A stretch of 64,000 nt of DNA from a virus (taxonomy: Duplodnaviria; Caudoviricetes). The stretch covers positions 64,001-128,000 of IMG/VR virus record IMGVR_UViG_3300027782_000030; one strand, written 5' to 3'. The notes under the pieces were generated by a model. The model was not told the origin of the DNA. It worked only from the letters and a program-made list of their open reading frames with translations, and ran no database searches. Positions 37,601 to 49,600 of the stretch are shown here, in pieces. The position numbers and the translations under genes are program-made. Each line of letters starts with the position of its first letter. The first letter of the stretch is position 1.

Positions 37601-40600
37601 AAAGAATGGAATAATACTGTTACCTATACTAAGGGCGAAATTGTATTATATAAAAACAAATATTGGGTAGCATTAAAAATAGTTCAACCAAAATTGGTAT
37701 TCGAAGAACTAGAATGGAAGCGTACAGATTACGATGAAATTCAAAAAGGATTATTACCTAATAGTAGTACAAGAAGTTATGAGAGTACTCTATACTATGA
37801 TGTAAACAAAGCTAATTTAGAAAATGATGCTGACCTCTTAAGTTTCTCATTGATCGGTTACCGCCCAAGAGACTATCTAGCACTTGCTGATTTAACTGAT
37901 ATTACACAAGTAAACGTTTATAAAAACCTAATTAAATCTAAAGGAACTCGCAACGCAACCAATGCATTTAAGGGAGCGAATCTTCCTCAAGGTGGCATAG
38001 ACTATGACATTTATGAAAATTGGGCTATTAAATCAGGTGAATTTGGTGGACTTTTAAATAATAATTTTGTCCAGTTTAAGATCAATCAAAATTACATGAC
38101 TGGAAATCCAAGTATAGTTGGACTTACAAATGGTGTATATAACGAAGGTGTACAACAAGAAGTTCCGCTATATTCATTGTTTAATTATGGTAGACCTATT
38201 ACTTCAGTAGATATACTACCTACTATATCAGCACAAGAACCATCTACCGTTTATCCTACAGCAGGATATGTTAACTTTAACGACGTTAAAATGTCATCTT
38301 ATTTCTATTCGCAGCTTCCTTTAGCAGTGGATAGTAATAATTTAGTAGTGCCATTATCACGCCTTTATGTTCGTGATTATGTGTGGATGGCAAATTATTT
38401 ACAGCGTTGGGAAGTATTTACACCCAAATCAATGGGCATCATTTTAAATGTAAGTAATAACTTAAACGATACAGCAACAGTTACATTTAAAACTCCTCAT
38501 AATTTAACAAGATTTGAGCCTTTTGCAATTGTTAATTTTTCTGATGCTGTTAATGGTTACTATATTAGCACTGTAGTAGTAGATCAATACAGAGTATTAA
38601 TTACTTTGACTTTGGATCCTTCTGTTACTAATATTACTGGTCAAGGCGTAGGATTTAGATTCCAATCACAACGAGTGGCTCAGCCTAGTAATATAGCAGA
38701 TTTACCTTTATTAGATTCTGAATTCTTTAAGAACACGGCATGGGTAGATGAGAACACAGATGGTGGTTGGGCAGTTTATAGAAAAGGTATAAATTATCAA
38801 TATCAATTAGAATTTACTAAATCTTCTTCTGATACATTTGGTAGTGCAGTAGCAACTGGTAGCCAATTAGGTTATCTAATTGGTGATGCTGATTTAGGAC
38901 AAGCTTACCGCTATACATTCAATGATTTAACACAGACTTATGCGTTAGTACAAACACTAAGTTCAGGTACTTCATTTGGATCTACTATTGCTTATAGCAG
39001 CGACATATATGTAATTTCTGAACCTACTACTTCACCATATATTCACATATATCAACTTCAAAATAGTACTCTATCTGATGATTTGATCGTATATCAAGCA
39101 GCGATTGCCGCACCTGGTGGCGTAACAAATTGGGGTAGTGCAGTAGCAATATCAGGTAATACAAATTGGATTTATGTTTCTGACATTGTTAATAACACCG
39201 TTCATGTATATAGAAAAGCAAACATTACTACTCCCGCTACCAATCTTACTGCGGGACAAACTTATATCATTACTGATGCAGGTACTACTGATTTTACTTT
39301 AGTCGGTGCTACATCAAGCGATGTGGGAACAGCATTTGTTGCTTCAGGAGTAGGTACTGGAACCGGTCTTGCAACAAAAAGCACTTATCAAAAAGTAACA
39401 TCTATAGACGGTGATGCATTGTCATTAACTGTAGCAGGAGATAATTTTGGTTACTCTTTAGCAACAGATTATTATGGTGATACTTTAATAATTGGCACAC
39501 CTAATAAAGATTACAGTGCTACTATTGATAATTGGGGATATGTATATGTGTTTGACCGCGCAGTACAAAATATACAAGTACAAACAAACAGTGTTCCATT
39601 AACACCACAAGTATTTAATTTAGCTTGGACTCCAACAACACTATCAAAAACATTGACTGCTACTAATAGTACTGGTAATTTATTGACATTAAACAGTGTT
39701 GCAGGTATTACCGTTAACGATCCGATAATCTTTACAGGGTCAGGCTTAGCAGGAACAGAAATTATTGCAGATGAAGTATATTATGTGCGTTCAATAGTCG
39801 GTAGTGATATTACTATTAAACTTGGTAGATTTACAACATCTGCCGTAACAGTAGCTACTGTTTCTTCTATTAGTGTTCCTACTACTGTACAAAACACTCC
39901 AATCTATGTTTCGGTAAATGGAACCTTAGTTGAAGACAGTGAATATGCTATTATTTCTAATACATTAATATATACTGGGCTATTAAGTGCAGGTGATATT
40001 ATTAATGTAAGTGGTCAAGATTTTACATTGATTCAAACTCTTACTACAGAAAACACTCCTAAAGTTGGTGTGCATTTTGGTAATAGCGTAGACACAACTA
40101 TATATGCAAGTGAAATTATTGCAGGCGCTCCATATGAATTAGTTACACAAATTAAAGAAGGTGCAGTTTATCGTTATACGAATGGTGGCGGTAAATATGG
40201 AATAATAATTGGTACAAGTGATGTTAATGTTACAACACCTAGAAATGTATTAATCAACGGCTTCTTAGTAACAGTTCCAACTGGCAATGCAACAACAGTA
40301 GCCAATGCAATTAATGCAGTTGCGATACCTAACATTGTTGCATCTGCCATCGATGGTAAACTAGTACTATCTTTAGTAGATAATAATTTAGCGCAAGTAA
40401 ATGAAAAGATATTATTAAGCGCAACTAATAGCGCAACTCTAGGTGAATTAGGTATAAACATCTTTACACAAACACAAACTGTAGAATGTCCTCATACTAA
40501 TAGTCGGACACAGTTTGGTACTGTAGTTAAATTTAATGAGTATGGCAGTTTTGTTGCTAGTGCTCCAGTTGGCACAAGATTTAGCGATACTACTTTTGAT

Positions 40601-43600
40601 TTTATAGATGATGAAAATCAAGACAATGACACCGTGTTTGATAACAACACCACTACTTGGATAGATACCTTCCCAAATGCAGGTGCGGTATACATGTTTG
40701 ATTATTTGGCTAATTATAACGAATCTCTATTAAATTGTGGTAAGTTTGTTTATGCACAAAGTGTCAATGGTCAAAATTTAGAATACGGTCTACAACCAAA
40801 TTACGGCACTGCTTTAGACTTTAATAACTACAGTGTAATTATAGGAACACCAGGATTTAGTCCTACTAATGGTCAAGCAATAGCATATACTAATACATCA
40901 AATCAAAAAGATTGGTCAGTATATAGAAGTTCTGCACCTGTAGTTGATATTAACGGTATCGCTAACATTCAATTGTTTAGCGCCCGAACAAACGAAACTC
41001 TGATTAACATGGATTATATTGATCCATTACAGGGCAAAATATTAGGTGCTGCTAGAGAAAATATTGATTATGTAGCCAACACAGACCCGGCTACTTATAA
41101 TAATGGTGAACTTGTTCCTAGTAATTTAGTATGGGGAGCAATACAGATTGGTCAAATTTGGTTTAACACAACCAATGTTCGTTATGTTAATTATCATCAA
41201 AACAATAATACATACAACAGTAAATATTGGGGTACCCTATTCCCTAACAGTGATGTTGCAGTATACACATGGATAACATCTGATACACTTCCTATCAACT
41301 ACATTGGTTCAGGTACTGTGTATGATCCAACCAAGTATTCTATACAATATGTAATTAATCCTTCAGGTGCTTTATCACCAATCTATTTCTATTGGGTCAG
41401 AGATACAGGCATCATAACACCTAATTTAGGAAAAACTCTAGCTGATAGTATTATTGCTGCTTATATAGCCAATCCTAGAAATTCAGGGATTAGTTATTTT
41501 GCACCATTACTACCTAGTGTATATGCACTGTACAATGTAGGCGATTATATCAATGCTAATGACTCAGTATTAAATATTGGATTTGGTACAGGAACAAGCG
41601 ATGATGTTGTTCATAATCAATACGATTTAATAAGAGTTAATTTTGCCGATGACTTTTTACCTGGATTACCTGATATCTATCTAGGTGAAACAGAACCCTA
41701 TTCATTGTATGCTAGATTATTAGACAGTTTATCAGGGACTGATGTATCAGGTCAAGTTGTTCCTGATCCATTCTTACCACTAGCAGTACAAACTGGTGTT
41801 CTTGTTAGACCTAGACAAAGTTTCTTTTATGATAGATTGGGTGCTGTTAAAAACTTTTTTGAATCATTAAATGAAATCGTAAAAGAATATCCATTTTTTG
41901 AAATTTCTGATGCTACATTTATATACGCTTCAGGTGAATTTTTTGATGCTACTAATTATTGGGAAACAATTAATTGGTGGGCACCTGGGTATAATGACAA
42001 TACCAAATCTACAATACAAGTTCCTATATATTCTGATTTAGCTACCTTATCAGTAACAGAAGGTACTATTGTAACAGTTGCAACCAATGGGTTAGGACTA
42101 TCTGAAACTTACATTTTTGCAAATAATGAATGGCTAAGAATTGGACTAACTAACGGTACAATCAAATTTAAGAGTTCTCTTTGGGATTATGCTGGAGCAA
42201 GAATAGGTTTTGGTGATAACTTTTTTGACACTAGTCCATATGATTATTATCCTAGCGAAGAGACCCGTTGGTTAGCAAGAGCATTAACTGAGCAATTACC
42301 TTCTGAATTATTAATATATAGAAATAAAATATTAATTCTTCTTTTTGAATATATTGTTAGTGAGACAATTGAAACTCAAAATTATCTGCCATGGTTAAAT
42401 AAAACATCATTTATAGATGTAGCACATACTATTAGAGAACTATTGCCTATTGAAGTTTTTCAAAGTGATAATCAAACCTTTTTAGAAGGGTATTTAAATG
42501 AAGTTAAACCCTATCATGTAGTAATTAAAGATTTCTTGTTTAAGTATACAGGTACTAATGTATATCAAGGCAATATTACGGACTTTGATGTACCTGCACA
42601 ATTTAATACTAGTATACAGCGTTGGGTATCCCCTCAATTAGTGTATAGCAATCCTAGTGATGTAAATCAATATTTACCAACTAGCCCTATATGGCAAGAA
42701 CCCGATTATATTAATTGGTTTCAAAATTATGGTGTAAGTTTGACTGGTCAAGACGGTGTACAAATAACAACATTAACTTCTTATTTGGCACTTAATTCTG
42801 CTGAAATGTCAGTTAACAATGCACAAGGGTTCCCAATCAATGGTGTAGTACAAATTGGTACTGAACAGATTGGATACTCTTCTGTAGATAGAAATCTAAG
42901 TGTTCTTACTGGATTGACTAGAGGAGTAAACGGCACACTGATCACTAATCATATTCCTGGAGAGTTAATTTATATTAATCTTCCGGCAGTATTGGTATTA
43001 GATGGTGGTAGAGGCTATACCGAGCCTCCTAAAGTTATAGCATATATTGATCCTTTATTATATCCTTTACCAACTGTACCTGCTGTATTAACCGCAGTAA
43101 TGAGTTTAGACTCAGTGTTGAGGGTCGATGTAGTCAATCCTGGACAAGGATATGCGGTATTACCTAAGATAATAATAGATCCTTCTACTGTAATTTCTTT
43201 CGCTAGCAGTGCAGTAAGTACAACATACAATACAATAATATTGTATGCGCCGTTATTGCAGACAGGGGATTTAGTACAGTATAAAGTTAGTGCTGGCGGG
43301 ACCCAAATTGGTGGTCTAGAAAACAATCAATGGTATTATGTTAATTTATTAGAGACTTCGCCTACAGTAGTTGTAGCATTATATTCTAATTATACTGACG
43401 CAACATATGATGTTAACCGTGTTAAATTGTTTAGTACAGGCACCGGTGACCAGTCATTAAGTTTAGGGGCAAAGGCATCAGCTATTTCTACTGCATTGCC
43501 TGTTAGAGAAAATAACATTACTCTAAGATTTGACAGAACAACTTATACTTCGCAAGTAATAGATTGGCAGGCTGGTCAATATTATGGCGCATATTATGCT

Positions 43601-46600
43601 GGGGAATATAATAATAGTGAATCAGTAGCTAGTTCGTCTATTAAGTTACAAAGTACTCAACCTCCAATAAGTTCTATTTTAGCCAGTGCTCAAGGAGCAG
43701 TTTTTGAAATTGAAAATGTACGCAATGACAGAGTAGTAACATATTCATCTTTTATTCGTCAGGTGGCAAGTACTCAAATATTAGATAATTCAATTACTCT
43801 TACCACATTTAGTAACAACCCATTGGATGTTAACGCATCAGGCTCTACCATTGGTTTCTATGTTGGAATGCCTATCAAATTCGCAGGAGCTGTAATAGGT
43901 GGACTTGTCAATGACACTGTATACTATGTCCATAGCATTATAGATGATACTAACTTTACAATATCAGAAAGTAGCACAGGTAGCCCCGTTAAGACGCTTT
44001 CAAATGGAACTGTCAGCGCAGCAGGATTAGAGTGTTATGTGGGTGAAGTGACTGATACAGCAATACTAACTGTTATTTATCCTGCTATAACCAATGTTAC
44101 CGCTACCCAAGCAGCAACCAATGCTCTTACTATTCCATTAAATGCAACTGGTACAGGCGGGACTATTGGATTTTATATTAATTTACCTGTATTTTTCACA
44201 GGTACAATGTTAGGTGGGGTAATAGAAAACCAAGTATACTACATTACTACTGTAATAAACAACCAGACATTTACAATGTCTGAAACAACTAATCCAATAA
44301 CATTAAACATTACTTCAACTGACGGCACATTTGATTATATCACTACAAGTGACGATACCTCTGTGCTATCAATCAATGAACCAATAATATTCAATACTAT
44401 GGTAGTTGTTGGAGTAGATGTATTAACGTTTGGTGGGCTAGTATCAGGAACTACATATTATGTTTCAGCCATTGTCAATGCTAGCACATTCCAAGTATCA
44501 GCAAGTATTAATGGCCCGTCATTGAATTTATCTACAGTGACCACGGCCACAACTACTAGTGCATTAATGACTAGTCAGAAAAATATTGTTCAACTAACTA
44601 CCGCTACAGGTAGTGATATGGTTATTAATATCAATTTACCAGTCAGCCCAGGTCAGGTAAATGGTCAACAATTTACCTTATATCAAACTTCAGAACAATA
44701 TATTGGACTAACTGGTACTGATGGATCGTTAATAAACAGAACTATAGGTGCTGTAATAGGTACAACCGATATTGTAGCATTAACAAGTCTTAGTGGCGGG
44801 ACTACCAATGTATACATTGGAATGCCATTAGAGATTTCTCAGAATATTGGATCACTAGTAACTGGTACAACATATTATGTAATTGATGTTGGAACTATAG
44901 AAATTGAATGTACTAGCACTTCGTCATCCACTGACGCAATAACTTGTGATACAACTGATTCATTATATGTAGATATGCCAATAATATTCACTGGTACAAG
45001 TTTGGGAGGAATCTCAATCAATGTTGAATACTATGTTCATACAATTGTAGATGGCACTCACTTTAAGATTACTGGTAGCCCGAATGACGCAGTTATTACT
45101 TTACAAAATAGTAACGGTACAATGATTGGTACAGGTGAACCTTATATTCAATTATCTACTACAATAGGTGGATCAGTTGAGCCAACAGGAGATTCACAAC
45201 AAGCCGCATCAATATCGGTTGCTAGCCCCGCAGTAATTACAGTAGCAGCAGCACCAGCAAATGGCACTAAGGTTGAATTCAGAAGCACTGGCGCATTGCC
45301 AACTGGGCTATTTGAAAATATAACCTATTATGTAATAAATTCAGCAGTGACTACATTTAATGTAGCGTATGTTCCTAGTGGAACAGCAATCAATACTACT
45401 GGGAGTGGTTCAGGCACCAACATTGTAATTGTCACTGATGAAGTGTTCATAGATCAAACTCCATTAGCTGTACCTGAATTTGATGTAAGTTATATTTTAG
45501 GTGGCTATAGAGCGGTCATATCTGATCCAGGACTAGGTTATGCTGTCAACAATACTATTACTATATTAGGTACAGATATAGGCGGAACTAGTCCATTAAA
45601 TGATCTAACAATTACAGTGGATGCGGTTAACGGTACAGGGGAAATAACCAATGTAGCCTGTAGTGGTACGGTAGCGGGAGTAACTGATAGTTATTACTTA
45701 CAAGTTATATCACCAAATGAATTAGCTGTATATTCTAATCCATTAATGACTGTACCGGTGAGTGGTATTAATTTCCCTTATATCGGAATCACATCAACTA
45801 CTGCTACTGGTACTAATTTAGGAACTGATATAATAACTGTAGATTCTACTACAGGCTTTTTAGTCAATGATCCTGTGGTATTTACAGGGAATGTAGTTGG
45901 TGGATTAGTACTAGGACAAACTTATTATATTTTAGACAATGTAAATTTCACATCTACTACACTTCAAGTAAGCGAAACTCCAGCTGGTTCAGTATTTAAT
46001 ATAACAGCAACCACTTCAGTACAAAGTTTCACAATGGCTAAGGTAGGAGATTTTGCTTTATTACCTGAACCTTTCAACTTTAATCAAAGCATTGTTAAGT
46101 TTAATAACCGAGTGTATGTTTGTGTTGTTAGCAACAATGACCAAGAATTTATTTTTGGTAAATGGGAACTATTAACTAGCGGAGATCGCAGGTTAAATGC
46201 ATTAGACAGAATCATTGGATACTATCAACCTACGATAAACATGCCCGGGGTAGACCTTACTCAATTGGTAGATGGTATTATATATCCTAATAGTACATAT
46301 TTAGGTAATGCGTTTCAGCCCGATCAACAGTTTGAGATAGATACTTATTTACAAGATCAACCATTTTACCCTACTGAGGTACAATCAAAATCTGTAGTTT
46401 GGAATGGAACTAATTATTTTGTAGTAGCCGATACTTCTTCTTATTCTACTATATTATACAGCCCAACAGGAGATGATTGGGTATTTAATAAAGTATCTGA
46501 TTCTAATCTAGCAACTACTGATTTAAATTATGTAAATGGGAAGTACTTGATTACAACTAACAACCCAGCTACACCTATATTATTAAGTATTGATGGGGTT

Positions 46601-49600
46601 GAATGGACTGCTTCAGAAAGCTATGTTAGTCTTGGTGAAGTTACCGCAACCCCAATCGCAGATGGTCAATTAGTATTAAATTCTATAAACTACTTTAATG
46701 GTGTTTATATAGCAGTTGGACAAAATATCAACACAAGCATTGATGGTGTAACATGGAGAGAAAGATTTAAATTTACAAACGGCTTAACTAACGAATTATA
46801 CTCAGTGTTTGGAACAACTATTGCATTATCTGCTCCATACATTGCTGTTGGTAAAGGTCAGTTTATAGACTATTCAACTGGACTACAAACAGTTAGTAAT
46901 ATCAATCTAGTATATACATCTTATGACAGCATAAATTGGAATCAAGCTACTCCAGTAACTAATAAAGGTTTCTATGGTATTACATATGACACTAATATTT
47001 TTATTGCTGTAGGTGAAGCTGGGGTCATCTACACTTCTCAAAACGGAGCATCTTGGTTTGGTATTAATGAGACAACTGTGACCAGTGTAAATTCATCTAG
47101 TAATATATTGAATGTGGCTGCTACTGCAGGATTTAATGTCAATGATATAGTAAGATTTACTGAATCGTTCAATGTCATTTCTTCGGCTACGACATATTAT
47201 GTGGTTAGTATTCCTAGTCTAACACAAATACAAGTTAGTACAACTTTAGGCGGATTACCGATTACTTTAACTTCAGTTAATCCAACTACTACTGCCTACA
47301 TGTATCTATATCCTAGAACACAGGATCTCAATGATGTATTATATGCTAACGGTGCATTTATAGCAGTAGGAGATGCAGGAACAATACTAACCTCTGCAAC
47401 AGGGTATACTTGGACAACTGTTGCATCAGGTGTTGTTGAAAATCTAAATGGTATTAATTACAATGAAGATGATGGTGTTTGGATAGCTGTAGGAGACAAT
47501 AACACTATCATTACTAGTGATGACAACGGAGCAACTTGGACTAGCAGTTCAGTATTAGTAGTAGATCCTACTGTTTATAATGTACAGGGTGCAGAATTTT
47601 CATATGGATATGGTCCTGAAGAATTAGTGCCTGGTGTGGTTACTGATAATATAATGTTAACCGTAGCCACTCGTCCTGGAACAGATTGGCCTGCCGTAGA
47701 GTATCAACATGTTGGTTACAATGTAGTAAGTCTAGAATTAACACCCGAGTTTGAGAATCAAACATATTATAGTTTTCTTTATGCTGTTACCACTCCAGCA
47801 CAATTAACAGTGTCGGTTATAGATGGTACTACTGGAATAAGCACAACAATTTATCCTGACGCAAGTTACTATATAGATTGGGTAACTAGTCAAGTTATTT
47901 TAAATAATCCATTGACCTTTTCGCCTGTTGCAGATAGATTAAGAATTGATGTATATGAAGTGGGTAATGGAAATCAGCTAGTAAAATCTAGTACTAAATC
48001 CGATCCAATTAGAATTAATACCACTACTGGATGGAACGAAATTAACTTAGATTGTAATTATTCTGCTACTAGGTTTAATGGTAGTGGGGTGATTAGAGCA
48101 GGTACAGAACTTAAAAACACTGTGGCAACAGCAACTACTAGTAGCACAAATATTATCACCTGTGCCAGTGTAGAAGATTTTGTTTTAAATAGTCCTATTA
48201 CTTTCCAAGGTACTACTTTTGGTAATATTTTAGAAGATACTATCTATTATGTAAAGACTATTAGTTATGTAACTAGCAGTATTACTGTTTCTACTACCTA
48301 CAATGTAAGCACCGGTACTGCAGGACCCACTTTACCACTCACTACTGATACAGGTTCAATGGTTGTAATTATTCAAGTTGGTTCGGGTGCGGTTTGGACG
48401 GATCCTATATGTTATCTGAATGGTGCTAAATTAGTTTTAGGTACTACTGAAACAGTTACAAAAACAAATGGAATAACCAATACAGTTACCTGTCATACTA
48501 CTGGTACATTAATAGTAGGTCAAAATATTACCTTTAGTGATACAATGTTTGGTGGAGTTATACAGCCCCAAACAGTATACACTATACTAAGTATCAGTGA
48601 CGCCAACGAATTTGTATTAGAAGATCCTACTAACCCGGGTAATCCATTAGCATTAACTACTGCTACCGGTGGCGCCGAAATCGTTACAAATGATTATGCA
48701 TTTGGAATTGCAGAAGACGGTATAACTGCAAAGATAGTATTTGCAGTTGGAACTTATAATAATCAAAGTGATTATATATCCTATACAGTGTTTGGCGAAA
48801 CTGTTCCTACTCAATATGGCTACACTATACCTGAAACTCAAATTATATACCCAGCGACTGGTGGTAGCACATATGCATTGACTAATTATGTGGGGACAGA
48901 CAATGTTACTAATGCAATAGTTGAAGTTAATGGACTACGAGTATTAGATACAAATTATACTATTGATCCTAACCTAGATGAAATTACTTTTACGACTATT
49001 CCAGCAGTGGGCGATACTATATCAATTACATCATACAATTTAACTGATAGACAGTATCTAAGCACAATGTATGATGTAAATTCTGCAACAAGCACAGTGG
49101 CTAACATTGTAGCTATTAACAATACTATAGCTCCTTATATTGCTACTACTAATGTATCATCATGCACATCCGTTGGCAATTTAATCACCTGTGTAAGTAC
49201 ATCAGGGTTTGTAATAGGTCAAACCATTATCTTTAAGGGCACTGGATTTGGTAATATTCTTACTGATGGAACTGTTTATTATATTAAAACAGTGCCAGGG
49301 TTAACCACATTTACTATTAGCCAAACCAATGGCGGAAGTGCTTTTGATCCAGGTACAGATTCAGGATTAATAGTTGCATATGTGGGAGGTACCCCGGCCG
49401 TAAGAATAACAACAGGTGTTCCGCATGCATTGACAACTAATGAAATTGTTAGAATTGATGGGACATTAGGTTCTATTCAACTTAATAATAATACTTTTTA
49501 TGTACATGTCATAAATTCTACCCAAGTTGATTTATACTCTGAAGCTTATGACCCTGCATTTGCAGCAGTTAATTACCCAATAACTGCTATATCAAGCTAT

